A stretch of 64,000 bases of DNA from Bacteriovoracia bacterium (GCA_050251055.1 JBFWNL010000005.1:192001-256000), one strand, 5' to 3'. Shown: positions 38,715 to 49,445, counted from the stretch's first letter. The notes: a model not told the origin generated them from the letters alone. Made by a program: numbers and translations.

Positions 38715-40774
38715 ACAAGCCTCACAGCAACAAGAATAAAATCAATCAATTTGATGCCAATGAATGGGGCGACTATTCCCCCCATCCCGTAAATCAAAAG
38801 ATTCCTGCTTAAGAGTTGAGATGCGCCCAAAGCGCGGTATCGAACACCCCGTAATGCGAGGGGAATAAGAGCAACAATGACCAAGGCATTGAAAACTACC
38901 GCGCTCAAAATCGCCGACTGCGGGGAGTGAAGTCCCATCACATTGAGATTTGATAGAGGGCCTGCCTGCAGACTTTGAGTTGCATAGAGTGTCGCAAACA
39001 AAGCTGGGATGATAGCAAAGTATTTGGCAACATCATTGGCGACACTAAACGTAGTGAGTGCCCCCCTTGTCATCAGTAGCTGTTTGCCCGTCTCGACAAT
39101 TTCGATGAGCTTCGTCGGATTGCTATCGAGGTCGACCATATTGCCGGCTTCTCGTGCCGCCTGCGTCCCAGTGTTCATTGCAACGCCTACGTCAGCTTGG
39201 GCAAGTGCTGGAGCATCGTTTGTGCCATCACCAGTCATGGCGACCAAGTGACCCTTGGCTTGCTCCTCACGAATTCGAGCGAGTTTAGTTTCTGGTGTGG
39301 CTTCGGCCATAAAATCATCGACGCCCGATTCGGCGGCAATAGATGCAGCGGTCAGTGGGTTGTCGCCAGTAATCATCACCGTTTTAATTCCCATGCGGCG
39401 AAGCTCAGCGAATCTTTCTTTTATACCGCCTTTAACAATGTCCTTGAGAAAAATAACCCCGAGGACTTTTTCATTCTCAGAAACCACAAGAGGCGTTCCT
39501 CCACTACGGGCTACCTTATCTACGCTATCTTTGACAGCACTTGGAACTTGTCCTTTCATTGCGGTGATATGCTTTTGAATGGCATCGAAAGCACCTTTGC
39601 GAATGACTTTGGCTCGATCGCCAACTTTCACATCAACGCCGCTCATGCGTGTTTGAGCCGTGAAGGGAACAAAGTCGAGATCGTGGGGTGTATGAGTTTG
39701 GCCTCGTAACCCGAACTTATCTTTGGCTAATATGACTATTGATCGGCCTTCGGGTGTTTCATCACTCAAAGATGCAAGCTGTGCTATTTCTCCAAGATAC
39801 TTTGGCTCAACACCGGGAGCCGCCATAAATTCAGTAGCCATGCGATTGCCGAGCGTGATGGTCCCTGTTTTGTCGAGAAGTAGAACATCTATGTCACCAG
39901 CCGCCTCAACAGCGCGACCACTCGTGGCTATAACATTTTTTTGAATCAATCTATCCATTCCACTAATACCGATCGCACTTAAAAGACCGCCTATGGTTGT
40001 TGGAATCAAACAAACAAGCAGTGCGATCAGTACAGGCACAGTGACAATCCCTGATAGGTCTTGTACCGCCGCCTGAGCCGAGTAGTCTGAGAAGAACTTG
40101 AGGGTGACGACTGCCAGCAGAAAAATGATTGTAAGACCAGATAGCAAAATGCTGAGTGCAATTTCATTTGGTGTTTTTTGTCGCTTGGCCCCTTCAACGA
40201 GATGAATCATCCGGTCGAGAAAGCTATTCCCTTGAGCCGCTGTAATGCGAATTTTAATGCGGTCACTTATGACCTTAGTTCCCCCAGTCACTGCACTTCG
40301 ATCACCGCCACTTTCGCGAACAACAGGAGCAGATTCTCCTGTTATTGCAGACTCATCGACCGTGCCGATCCCTTCAATAACCTCTCCGTCACCGGGGATG
40401 ATGTCACCTGTTTCACAGACGACCACGTCACCAACTTTTAATTGGCTGGCATTGATTTGAGTTTCTTTGTCGTCTTTAAGCAACCGAGCAACGGTGGTAG
40501 TACGAGTCTTTTTTAGACTCTCGGCCTGAGCTTTACCACGTCCTTCGGCAAGAGCTTCAGAAAAATTCGCAAAGAGGACGGTAAACCATAGCCAAATCGC
40601 AATTTGAATCTCAAAGGTAGTTGCTGATCCTGAGAGCAACGCTATCGTTGTGAGAGCCGCGCCGATTTCAGTGATAAACATCACGGGGTTTTTCACCTGC
40701 TCTCGTGGGTCAAGTTTTACAAACGAGTCCTTGATGGCCGTCAGCACGAGTTCTTTGTTTAAGAGTGTTGTCAT
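38711..40774 (-). CDS. kdpB: K+-transporting ATPase subunit B
   Basis: [29 protein letters not shown]. Confidence 0.98.
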   Translation of the reverse strand: MTTLLNKELVLTAIKDSFVKLDPREQVKNPVMFITEIGAALTTIALLSGSATTFEIQIAIWLWFTVLFANFSEALAEGRGKAQAESLKKTRTTTVARLLKDDKETQINASQLKVGDVVVCETGDIIPGDGEVIEGIGTVDESAITGESAPVVRESGGDRSAVTGGTKVISDRIKIRITAAQGNSFLDRMIHLVEGAKRQKTPNEIALSILLSGLTIIFLLAVVTLKFFSDYSAQAAVQDLSGIVTVPVLIALLVCLIPTTIGGLLSAIGISGMDRLIQKNVIATSGRAVEAAGDIDVLLLDKTGTITLGNRMATEFMAAPGVEPKYLGEIAQLASLSDETPEGRSIVILAKDKFGLRGQTHTPHDLDFVPFTAQTRMSGVDVKVGDRAKVIRKGAFDAIQKHITAMKGQVPSAVKDSVDKVARSGGTPLVVSENEKVLGVIFLKDIVKGGIKERFAELRRMGIKTVMITGDNPLTAASIAAESGVDDFMAEATPETKLARIREEQAKGHLVAMTGDGTNDAPALAQADVGVAMNTGTQAAREAGNMVDLDSNPTKLIEIVETGKQLLMTRGALTTFSVANDVAKYFAIIPALFATLYATQSLQAGPLSNLNVMGLHSPQSAILSAVVFNALVIVALIPLALRGVRYRALGASQLLSRNLLIYGMGGIVAPFIGIKLIDFILVAVRLV

Positions 40775-40786
40775 ATAAATTTCTCC

Positions 40787-42478
40787 CTAAAATGCTCTTC
40801 CTGCCTGCATAAGAAAGTGTTCGACGATTGGACCCAACGCCAGAGCCGGAAAGAACGTAAGTCCACCAACAATGAGAACAACTCCAATGAGCAAAACAAC
40901 AAACAGAGCATTGTCAGTCGTAAATGTACCAAATGATGGTGGCGCAGATTTTTTCAAGGCCATTGACCCTGCAATCGCGAGTGCTGGTACGATGACCGCA
41001 AATCGACCGATGAGCATACACACGCCGAGTGCGATGTTATAATAAGGGGTATTTGCATTGAGACCCGCAAAGGCACTCCCATTGTTGCCTGCAGCGGATG
41101 AAAAGGCGTATAGTATTTCTGTCAGCCCATGAGGACCTTTATTGGTAAGGCTTGAGAGGGCAACAGGTAAGACAGCTGAAATACCCGATCCTACAAGGAT
41201 CAATGCGCTCGGAGCGAGAATCGCAAGGATCACCATTTGAATTTCACGAGATTCAATTTTCTTACCGAGGTACTCAGGAGTTCTTCCGACCATCAATCCT
41301 GCGAGAAAAACAGTTAGAAGGACAAAAAGAAGCATTCCATAGAGGCCAGCTCCGACACCACCAAAGATGATTTCACCTAGCATGATATTTGTGAGAGCAA
41401 CTGCACCTGAAATCGGAGATAAAGACGAGTGCATCGAGTTTACTGAACCGTTTGAGGCGGCAGTAGTAAATACAGACCAAAGAACACTGTTCGTCACCCC
41501 GAACCGAGTCTCTTTGCCTTCCATAACTGACGAAGTGCCAAGGACAGGATTTGCTGAGTATTCGGACCAAAGTGACAACCCCAGTCCTCCAATCAACAAT
41601 AGTGACATTGCAAGAAAGATGACGATCCCCTGTCTGCGGGCCTTAACGATGACTCCAAAAGTGTACGCAAGAGCAGTTGGGATCAAAAGAATTGCAATGA
41701 GTTGAAGCCAGTTTGAAAAGGGTGTCGGGTTCTCAAATGGGTGGGCACTGTTTGCATTGAAAAATCCACCACCATTTGTACCCAACTGCTTGATGGCAAT
41801 TTGTGAAGCTGCCGGTCCCAATGGGATCGTTTGAGCCGCGCCCTCAAGAGTCGTCGACTGGACAGGATCAGCGAAAGTTTGGATCACGCCCTGACTTGTT
41901 AGTACGATGGCAAATACGACTGAAAGTGGAAGGAGAATGTATACCACTCCTCTTGTTAGATCGACCCAGAAATTGCCAACCTTGCCAGATGTATTTGGAG
42001 CAAGTCCCCTGGCCAAGGCCACCGCCACAGCGATGCCTGTTGAGGCACTCACAAAATTCTGTACTGTAAGTCCCATCATCTGAGTGAGATAGCTCAACAT
42101 AGTCTCGCCAGAGTAGGCTTGCCAGTTTGTATTCGTCATAAAACTAATCGCTGTATTGAAGGCTAAATGCCAAGAAACATTGGGTGCACCTGTAGGATTC
42201 AGAGTTAAGCTTCCCTGAAGTATTTGAAGAACAAACACCATCACAAATCCAAAGAAGTTAAACCACAAGAGAGCCTTTGCGTAACCACGCCATGACATTT
42301 CTTCGCGTTCCGACACTCCACCTAACTTATAGAGGAGAACTTCAAGCGGACGCGCTACTCGGCTCAGGAGCGTTCGTTGTCCCTCAAAGACCTTTGCCAT
42401 GTAGGTCCCGAGTATCGGCGTGCAAACCGCGAGTGTTACGAGAGTTATGACTACTTGAAAAACATCAAACTTGTTCAT
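40787..42478 (-). CDS. kdpA: K+-transporting ATPase subunit A
   Basis: TNTNWQ, LGTNGGG, SNGS, GNNGSAF selectivity-filter motifs. Confidence 0.98.
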   Translation of the reverse strand: MNKFDVFQVVITLVTLAVCTPILGTYMAKVFEGQRTLLSRVARPLEVLLYKLGGVSEREEMSWRGYAKALLWFNFFGFVMVFVLQILQGSLTLNPTGAPNVSWHLAFNTAISFMTNTNWQAYSGETMLSYLTQMMGLTVQNFVSASTGIAVAVALARGLAPNTSGKVGNFWVDLTRGVVYILLPLSVVFAIVLTSQGVIQTFADPVQSTTLEGAAQTIPLGPAASQIAIKQLGTNGGGFFNANSAHPFENPTPFSNWLQLIAILLIPTALAYTFGVIVKARRQGIVIFLAMSLLLIGGLGLSLWSEYSANPVLGTSSVMEGKETRFGVTNSVLWSVFTTAASNGSVNSMHSSLSPISGAVALTNIMLGEIIFGGVGAGLYGMLLFVLLTVFLAGLMVGRTPEYLGKKIESREIQMVILAILAPSALILVGSGISAVLPVALSSLTNKGPHGLTEILYAFSSAAGNNGSAFAGLNANTPYYNIALGVCMLIGRFAVIVPALAIAGSMALKKSAPPSFGTFTTDNALFVVLLIGVVLIVGGLTFFPALALGPIVEHFLMQAGRAF

Positions 42479-42488
42479 AGACGAACTC

Positions 42489-42572
42489 CTAAAACCTGTC
42501 CGGATTGAACATCGCGTACGTTAGATAGACCAAAATGATGACTGCAATAATTCCTGCGATTGTAAAACCCAT
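42489..42572 (-). CDS. kdpF: KdpF, 27 aa (MGFTIAGIIAVIILVYLTYAMFNPDRF)
   Basis: Translated by hand; single TM with YL.YA...PDRF motif, immediately upstream of kdpA. Confidence 0.92.
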   Translation of the reverse strand: MGFTIAGIIAVIILVYLTYAMFNPDRF

Positions 42573-42580
42573 GTTTCACC

Positions 42581-43738
42581 TCAAATTTGAAAGAGCAGAG
42601 CCACTAATGCTGTTAGTTGTGATTTGCTCGTTCCCTTATTGTCTTTGAATGCACTTTGATTAGAACTGTCGTGTCTGACTTCGCCCCGAACTTCGAGCGG
42701 TGCGGTCGGCTTTAATCCATAAGTCAATGTGCCACTTTGTATAGTTTGAGACGGGCCACCAAGAGTGTAGCCGCTCTGGTCACGGTAGATTTCGTATCTA
42801 GGGCTAATGTATGAATTGGTAGATAGTTGATACTTTATGGCAGCACTGCCCCCGTACCATTCGGCGTCTTGCGTATTGCTACTGACCGCGTCTCTCTCTG
42901 ATCCCGTCAGCAAATCAATCGCAATCTGGATGTCCTGTGAAAGATTCAATGTGCCGTTGAAGTCGTGGACGATCTTCCATGCGCCTTCATTTTGGGTCCG
43001 CTCGGGTCCACCAATAAAGTTGTAGATTAAAACCAAGTTCGACGCGGGTGTGTATTTTAACTGTAGACCGAGTGTCTTCGATGAATTGTTGTCATAAATG
43101 GAGTTCCAGCCGTTATAGACATAAAGGCTTGTGGTCAATTCATTCGGGATAGCCTCATAACCAAACCGAACACCTGTATGCCAGAAGGGCATTCCGTAAG
43201 CCATCAGCGTCGAGCGGGAGTATTGCCAGTTATCCTTGGCCTTCACGGTCTCAAGTCCGACATGAGTGTACATCTTGCCCATTTCTAGAGTGAATCGAGG
43301 CGCTATTGAGGGCCGGTAGGTAAGAACCGCTTGACCAATGTGCTTTGAAACTTCATCTACCGTTGTCCCACTTGTCGAAGATGCAGTTGCATTCAGATCA
43401 GCAAAGGGTCCGAAGTCAAAATCAGTAGTCAAACTCACATCCTCATGCTTTGCCTTTACGGTGATCTCAATGAGGCTCAACGTGAGCTGATTGTGATAGT
43501 TGTCATAGTAGCGATAGGTGTTGTTACCGGCTGGAATTGCGGCATCACTTGGTGTCGCTGCATTCGGAGGAGTGACTGGCGGAGGGTTATTGAAGTTATA
43601 TCCATAGTAACCATCAAAGTACCCAGACCACTCGATCTTTTTATCTGGCTCCGAAGCTAGAGCGACCTTTGAGGCCGAACTCGCTAAAAGCAACGCTATC
43701 GTAAGTATGCGCAGTTCCATATGTCCTCCGTCATACAT
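42581..43738 (-). CDS. Outer-membrane beta-barrel porin (putative porin 2 type) leading the kdp operon
   Basis: Signal peptide; GYFDGYYGYNFN, GKMYTHVGLE...NWQYSRS, NGWN, EVRHD. Confidence 0.85.
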   Translation of the reverse strand: MYDGGHMELRILTIALLLASSASKVALASEPDKKIEWSGYFDGYYGYNFNNPPPVTPPNAATPSDAAIPAGNNTYRYYDNYHNQLTLSLIEITVKAKHEDVSLTTDFDFGPFADLNATASSTSGTTVDEVSKHIGQAVLTYRPSIAPRFTLEMGKMYTHVGLETVKAKDNWQYSRSTLMAYGMPFWHTGVRFGYEAIPNELTTSLYVYNGWNSIYDNNSSKTLGLQLKYTPASNLVLIYNFIGGPERTQNEGAWKIVHDFNGTLNLSQDIQIAIDLLTGSERDAVSSNTQDAEWYGGSAAIKYQLSTNSYISPRYEIYRDQSGYTLGGPSQTIQSGTLTYGLKPTAPLEVRGEVRHDSSNQSAFKDNKGTSKSQLTALVALLFQI

Positions 43739-43764
43739 AGATTAGACGTTTGAACATAAGGGCC

Positions 43765-43806
43765 GCATAAAAAGGACGGCGATCTGTATAAAGAAAAAAT
43801 AAAGAT
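43765..43806 (-). promoter_or_regulatory. Putative KdpE-binding site
   Basis: TCTTTAT direct repeat with 11-bp period (43799-43805, 43788-43794) and a third TTTTTAT; resembles T-rich KdpE boxes. Confidence 0.6.
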
Positions 43807-43830
43807 TCACCGCCCTGATGGGCTGGTCTT

Positions 43831-44214
43831 TTATTCAAGACCAAGGTCGCCTTCAATTTCGTACACCCTAAAATCTTTCGTTTTTGCAAAAAGTGCGTCT
43901 TCTTTTAGATCAATTCCGTTTGCCCTTCTAAATCTTACGAATCGTTCCATCACACGGGTGTTAAAGTCCTCGCTTAGGCCACCTTCCTTGAGCAGGTCCG
44001 CGATGTATCCGTCCATTGCCACGCCATACTCTGCTAAACGATTCACAAGGAATGTAAAGGCAAGAATAAGATCGAACTCGACAACAGCTACCCCTGTTTC
44101 CAAATCCGGAGTTTCAAACACCAAAATTGGATATTTTGTTTTTCGGTTGGCAACCAGAATTTTGCTCAACATTGGCACATCTATGCCCTTATGTTCTTTG
44201 TATTCTTGAAACAT
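43831..44214 (-). CDS. Hypothetical protein
   Basis: GAGGAG RBS; 127-aa ORF downstream of the recombinase. Confidence 0.7.
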   Translation of the reverse strand: MFQEYKEHKGIDVPMLSKILVANRKTKYPILVFETPDLETGVAVVEFDLILAFTFLVNRLAEYGVAMDGYIADLLKEGGLSEDFNTRVMERFVRFRRANGIDLKEDALFAKTKDFRVYEIEGDLGLE

Positions 44215-44238
44215 GAAATCTCCTCTTGTTATGGTTGA

Positions 44239-46056
44239 CTATACTTTTCCTTCAATCATTGTGATTCTGCTTGGGATACTGCTTTCCTCTGAGGCAAAGC
44301 TAATTTTTGGAATGTTCAAAAACTCGTCAACAATCATGCACCCCTCAACAATCCATGAGCTGTTGTTCTGATTGTGGTTCTTCTTGAGAGTACTTCGGTT
44401 GGCGACACACTTGAGGCCATTTGGAAATAGTTGCTTTAGATGAACGTTCGCCAATGCGGGATCGCACTCAAAATATTCGATCAACTTTTCAAACTTTGCT
44501 TTGAGGGCAAACGGCGTAAGAAGTAGTTTGTCCACATTAGCGAATCTAAGTGACCGAAGCCTGTTGGTGAAGAAAGTTACCTGACCTTCTTTTTCAGACA
44601 GAGCTTCTTTAATTGTCGCTGATGTATCACCGTGAGTTGTCACAAACTTCAGAAGGTTACTTAACTCACGTTCAGCATCCCGTCGTTTGATTTCAAGCGC
44701 TCTGATCTCTTCGGGTGCAACTCGCAACCGCGCCTTAATGATTTCGTTGGACCGTTTGGTTGCAGATTCAAGATAAGCCGTTGACAACAGTACCGATGAG
44801 ATTAAGTCACAGACCTTCTTCTCCGCTTTCTTACGGCTCATAAGGCGATTGTTCGAACAACGGCCTTTGTCTTTCCGGTGGTTCATATAGCAGCCGTAAT
44901 AGCCGCCTTTCTGGCCGGTGATTTGGAGCATAGGAGAACCGCACTCTCCACAGGTCAGAACTCCCGCCAAGAGAGTGTTCGACTTCGATCCTACTTGTTT
45001 GATCTCACGCGCGGTCGCCAATCTATTTCGAGTGCGCTTAAACTTCTCTTGGCTCATAGATAAGCGCGTTTGGACTTTGTTCCAAAGCTCTATGGGAACA
45101 ATGACTAGGTCTTCGCGTACCTCAGATTTGCCGAGATGAGAAATCCATGCATCTGTCGGATGATCGCGCTTCTCAAACTTCTCGGTGTCGGGATTAAGAA
45201 CCCTTGATGTCTTACCCCATTCCCAAATTCCAATGTACTTCTTGCGAGAGAGAATCTTACCAATCGTGGTTGAACTCCAGTTGACCTCACGGCCCGAGAT
45301 TTTCTTACCACGAGTCGTTGATGGAACTTGGCGCTTGTTAAACTCTTTAGCGATGGCGGCCTTTCCCATGCCACCCGCATAAAGCTGGAACATCTCGACG
45401 ATGTGCTTTGACTGTTCTGGTTCAACAAAGATTTTGTAGTGTGATGGGATTTCACGATCACCAACGAATCTGGTCTGAGTGGGCTCAGAGTAGTAACCGT
45501 AGCAAATATCCCCGGTGCTGTACCCCTTGAGGACACGAGCTTCTTGACCACGCTTGGTTCGCTGAGCGTGAATGTCATTGCCCAGTTCGTTGACCAGCCC
45601 CTTTACTTGAAACAGAATCTTGGCGTTAGGGGACTCGGAACTCATGCCATCGCAGAGACTATAGACCTCGTGACTGCGATGCTTGATCTTTCGATAGAAC
45701 TTGTCGGTTTTACCCATTGAACGAAGAGTTCGAGACAGGTCGCAAACGAAACTGACTTTCGCACGACCCTCATCAATGGCCGCGTTGTATTGTTCAAACC
45801 CATCGCGAGCGGCAATGCGGCCAGTTTCGGCTTCGTCTTTGAAAATCAACTCTGGTGGGAATTCAATTCTATATTTCGACAAGGGATACTTGGTGAGAGT
45901 TACGCGTCCAGTGTCAACGTAGTAAATGACCCGAGCGATCTGATCGTTTGCTGACTCCGGGTTTTGCATATCCGAGCTGTACCTTGCATATACAGCCGCG
46001 TGAATGACCTCCCGCGTGTCCCCTTGTTCTTGTCGTCTCGATCTCTCGTATGCCAT
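44239..46056 (-). CDS. Large serine recombinase (resolvase, recombinase, Zn-ribbon, coiled coil)
   Basis: YARYSS catalytic motif, DLSRT.R, CYGY, LLAGVLTCGECG...YYGC...C. Confidence 0.95.
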   Translation of the reverse strand: MAYERSRRQEQGDTREVIHAAVYARYSSDMQNPESANDQIARVIYYVDTGRVTLTKYPLSKYRIEFPPELIFKDEAETGRIAARDGFEQYNAAIDEGRAKVSFVCDLSRTLRSMGKTDKFYRKIKHRSHEVYSLCDGMSSESPNAKILFQVKGLVNELGNDIHAQRTKRGQEARVLKGYSTGDICYGYYSEPTQTRFVGDREIPSHYKIFVEPEQSKHIVEMFQLYAGGMGKAAIAKEFNKRQVPSTTRGKKISGREVNWSSTTIGKILSRKKYIGIWEWGKTSRVLNPDTEKFEKRDHPTDAWISHLGKSEVREDLVIVPIELWNKVQTRLSMSQEKFKRTRNRLATAREIKQVGSKSNTLLAGVLTCGECGSPMLQITGQKGGYYGCYMNHRKDKGRCSNNRLMSRKKAEKKVCDLISSVLLSTAYLESATKRSNEIIKARLRVAPEEIRALEIKRRDAERELSNLLKFVTTHGDTSATIKEALSEKEGQVTFFTNRLRSLRFANVDKLLLTPFALKAKFEKLIEYFECDPALANVHLKQLFPNGLKCVANRSTLKKNHNQNNSSWIVEGCMIVDEFLNIPKISFASEESSIPSRITMIEGKV

Positions 46057-46485
46057 CTATCCAACCACCTCATCACAAACCAAATTAAGTATGCCGTCGA
46101 TTGCCTCCCACGCATTCTTTGATCGCGTGAAGCTGAATCTCAGCTCTATGTCGTCTTGACCTTGTTGCTTATTTCTTTGTTGAGATTTCTTTTTCAAGAC
46201 ACACGACTTGCATTGGGTCTCAACGCCACCGATCTTGGTTCGATTCCGGTGAAAGCTCTCAAATGTCTTCCACTCAAAACAAATCCGGCAGACGCGGCCC
46301 TCGTGGGTTATATCCCGTTTCTGCGCGGATGGTCCACGAAGAGGAAGCGACTCGAAGCTGTTGATTTTGTTCGTGGAAGTGACGGCGAGGACGAATGTCA
46401 TGCCGACAGCCGCACGAGAAGCAATCTGCAGCGATCCGAACATCAGTTTGAACCGTTTGATTTTGCAGGGGCTGAGTTCGATCAT
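46057..46485 (-). CDS. Zn-finger protein (CRIC...CKSC), possible recombination directionality factor
   Basis: Overlaps rep stop by 4 nt; its stop abuts the recombinase ATG. Confidence 0.6.
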   Translation of the reverse strand: MIELSPCKIKRFKLMFGSLQIASRAAVGMTFVLAVTSTNKINSFESLPLRGPSAQKRDITHEGRVCRICFEWKTFESFHRNRTKIGGVETQCKSCVLKKKSQQRNKQQGQDDIELRFSFTRSKNAWEAIDGILNLVCDEVVG

Positions 46486-47558
46486 TGCTGTACCTCATTG
46501 TCAGCGGACTGACTGCCAGAATCTTGCTCACCGTCGTAACCAACATAGGGGTCATCGTCCCAAAAACTCAATGCAGCTACCGCTCTCTCTGGTTTGCCAA
46601 AAAAAGAACACATGTCGCGGAACCAAACTTTGTCGAGATCGACAGGATAAGGAACGGCTTGGACATATTTTGAGAAGTCTCTTTGAAACTTGCCGTTTGC
46701 GTTCACCTTTTTCCTCGCCAAGTGACCGCCTAACTCATTGGAAAGTGTCTGAGCTTGAACACAACGGATCAGTTCACTTCTGAGCTTCACCTCCGACAGG
46801 GAAGTGAAGTTCAATCCCTCTAAGCCAATTTTACGAAACGGTTTGTAGTAACCCCACTCTTGGCGCTCTATGAGGTCAGGAAGTTGAGTCAAAAACTTGA
46901 TAGGATTGTTTTTACCAGTGAGTTGAACTTCTAACCTTGTCAACGGCCCAGGAATTTTCTCTTTTTTCGCCTTATCATAGACCGACACCACTTCTGGGCT
47001 TCGACCAATCTGAAGGCCGTTAAGATGCTCACCGTTGTTATAGTATGCGCGGCAGAAATTCTTTCTTGTCGCATAGACAAACTTTTTAAGTACGTCGAAG
47101 TTATCCGGTATGTCTACGGCAAAGTCAGTTCTAACATTGTCTGCACTTTCATATTCATTTCGACCGATCAATCCAATCAAAAATGATTTCATGTGGGCAT
47201 AGTCACGAAAGTCACTAGGGTTGACCATAACCTTGCGGGAAGAAGGTTTGTCTTTTCCCCACATATGAAAACAAACTCTTTCTTCGTTAGGCCCTAAGAC
47301 TCGAAATGTCCAACCGAGCTCAGGAAGTCTGGTAACTTCAGTACGCGCTCCAAGTCTGTCGGCCAAAGCTTCAACGTCGGAAAAGTGAATCTGTTCAACG
47401 GTGAGTAGGATCAACTTATCGATAAGACCTCTTGAACGACGTTCTAAACTCGTATCTTCAGTGTCATCGGCACTTGAAGCAATGTTAGATGAGTTATTGT
47501 CTCTTTGTTTGGGGTTGATATAGGCGGGCCTATTTTTCTTTCTCTTCAAACGCGCCAT
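46482..47558 (-). CDS. Rep_trans-like rolling-circle initiator/relaxase
   Basis: RTDFAVD, IGRS...VYDK, TRLEVQL motifs. Confidence 0.72.
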   Translation of the reverse strand: MARLKRKKNRPAYINPKQRDNNSSNIASSADDTEDTSLERRSRGLIDKLILLTVEQIHFSDVEALADRLGARTEVTRLPELGWTFRVLGPNEERVCFHMWGKDKPSSRKVMVNPSDFRDYAHMKSFLIGLIGRNEYESADNVRTDFAVDIPDNFDVLKKFVYATRKNFCRAYYNNGEHLNGLQIGRSPEVVSVYDKAKKEKIPGPLTRLEVQLTGKNNPIKFLTQLPDLIERQEWGYYKPFRKIGLEGLNFTSLSEVKLRSELIRCVQAQTLSNELGGHLARKKVNANGKFQRDFSKYVQAVPYPVDLDKVWFRDMCSFFGKPERAVAALSFWDDDPYVGYDGEQDSGSQSADNEVQQ

Positions 47559-47560
47559 GA

Positions 47561-48478
47561 TTAGTTCACCTCAACGACGGGCGAAGCTGGGCTGTCCGCA
47601 AGACTCGCATCGGTTCGATCAAAATTTTGTTTTTTGCAGAACACTTGGGTCTTGCCAGAAACCAAAGCAATAATGTGCATTGCTTCAATCCTCTGGATGC
47701 CCATGAACATGATGTCGCTATTGCCAATGATCGCGAGAGTTTTGGCGTACTTTTGACCGTACTTTTTCAAATCGCCAAAGAGTTTAATTGCTTGATTCAT
47801 GTACTCAGCGTCTCCCAATAGCAACTCTCGTTTTGTTGACTTAGTGGCAACGTCTTTTGTTACCTCAAATGTTTTACTCTTAACCTGCTCAAGGACTGCA
47901 TCTCTCTCACCCGGGTCGTCAGGACGGACAATTTGGTCGGCCTGTTTTTGGGTGATCTCTCCTTCGTCAAGGGCCTTTGCGACCTTAGGAGTCATGCGCT
48001 CGCCGATGCGGGTTTTTTCTGTGATCGAGTTCACTGACCGCCCGGTCTCTTTGGCGACCTTTTGGGCGAAACTAAAACTCTGAGAGTTTTTCTTTTTGCC
48101 CCGACCGGTGTCCTCTTTCGTTGTAACTTGCTTGGTCTCTTGCCAGTGCTTCTTGAGCCACGCGAGGGCCTTCATCTCCTCAGACTTCGTGTATGACTCT
48201 CGCTTCATGTTTTCGAAGATTCCAGCCGCAGTCTGAGCATTTTCTGTGTCAAACTCACGAACGACACAGTCGATCTTTTCCCATCCTAATTCTCGTGCGG
48301 CCCGAAGTCTTCGTTCTCCTGCGACAAGAAATTTGTCAGGGGTTATTACGATCGGCTGAAGTAGACCGTTGGCGGCCATGTTCCTTTTGAGGTCCTCAAT
48401 GTCGAAGCATTTCCTGAAGTTGTTCTTAACGACGACTTCAGTCGGGCTGATTTTGATTCTCATATTTTTCAGTGACAT
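47561..48478 (-). CDS. ParB/Spo0J family protein
   Basis: GLLQPIVI, LVAGERRLRA, ENMKR; AGGAG RBS before ATG 48478. Confidence 0.9.
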   Translation of the reverse strand: MSLKNMRIKISPTEVVVKNNFRKCFDIEDLKRNMAANGLLQPIVITPDKFLVAGERRLRAARELGWEKIDCVVREFDTENAQTAAGIFENMKRESYTKSEEMKALAWLKKHWQETKQVTTKEDTGRGKKKNSQSFSFAQKVAKETGRSVNSITEKTRIGERMTPKVAKALDEGEITQKQADQIVRPDDPGERDAVLEQVKSKTFEVTKDVATKSTKRELLLGDAEYMNQAIKLFGDLKKYGQKYAKTLAIIGNSDIMFMGIQRIEAMHIIALVSGKTQVFCKKQNFDRTDASLADSPASPVVEVN

Positions 48479-48671
48479 CGCTTTTCTCCTTGTTTGGCGT
48501 CTGTGTGTAACGGCCAAGCCCAGTGCGACCAAAAATCTGCAACACTCGGCTGCGGATAAAGGGCCACGAATCGGTATGACCGTAAGCTGATTGCAAATTG
48601 TTAAGGAGATTTCGGCGAGCGTAGTCGATGAAGTCTTCGAGTGATTGACCTTTGTACTGTTCGTCCATTCC
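48438..48671 (-). CDS. Small hypothetical protein upstream of parB
   Basis: GGAG before ATG 48671; helical, ending ...LQIFGRTGL; overlaps parB start. Confidence 0.5.
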   Translation of the reverse strand, partial: GMDEQYKGQSLEDFIDYARRNLLNNLQSAYGHTDSWPFIRSRVLQIFGRTGLGRYTQTPNKEKSDVTEKYENQNQPD

Positions 48672-48767
48672 AAAATCTCCGGTGTCCGTAAAACTCGGAT
48701 GGACCATATAAGAGTCTGTGAATGATCGGTAAAAGTGATTAAGGAAATCCTTAACCTCTTAAGGCAC

Positions 48768-49445
48768 CTAGTCGAAATTGAATGGGATGTAGGGAGCCTG
48801 TCGTATGTATTTGGTCGCTGCTTTGAGGTCGTCTTCTACCTTTTTTGAGTTATTGCCTGGGCCTCGGTTATCGGGAGTCTCGTAAAAGCTAAGGAGTTCA
48901 CTGGTGATCTGATAGTTGGTCAGCTCTGGATTTTCTTTTTTAAGATCGTGGGCCTTCAGGATGCGATCCAATAACTGAGTATCGGCTCGGGACCGAGTCT
49001 TCTTACCTACGGAGGCTTTGCTCTTTCGGTATTGATCTTGAAGTGAGAGCATCTCTCGATTGAAATCAACGTCTTTGGATTTGAACAATTCAAGATCAAC
49101 AGTAATGAGAGCGAACCTTTTCGAGTTCTCCTCACCGCTATCAGGGGGACGGAAAAAAGTTAGTTCCTGGAAAGGCCCATCGCGTTTTGTCAGTTCCTCA
49201 TATGTAAGAGGTCCCCACAGCGTAGCGGCCTCAAAATAAAAGACCAAATACTTGGGAGGATTTTCATCTCTGTAGTCAAGAAAATCACTTATACCCCATA
49301 GCTTAAAGGCTCTAATGGAAAGGTCAGCGGTCAACGGATCATTGTCACCCACAAGCGCATGGGCGTATTCATCATACATCGCCCTATATGCCATGTTCCT
49401 TCTCAAGAACTGCCAATTATAGAATGTTACTAAATCCCGCTCCAA
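48768..49445 (-). CDS. DUF6499-like (FseA-type) transcriptional activator
   Basis: N-terminal WQFLRRN..YR..Y motif; C-terminal HTH-like RILKAHDL...NYQI. Confidence 0.6.
   Translation of the reverse strand: MERDLVTFYNWQFLRRNMAYRAMYDEYAHALVGDNDPLTADLSIRAFKLWGISDFLDYRDENPPKYLVFYFEAATLWGPLTYEELTKRDGPFQELTFFRPPDSGEENSKRFALITVDLELFKSKDVDFNREMLSLQDQYRKSKASVGKKTRSRADTQLLDRILKAHDLKKENPELTNYQITSELLSFYETPDNRGPGNNSKKVEDDLKAATKYIRQAPYIPFNFD

Noticed and set aside
48479-48673. N-terminal extension of ParB
   Set aside because: AGGAG RBS sits before ATG 48478; another frame gives a more plausible small gene
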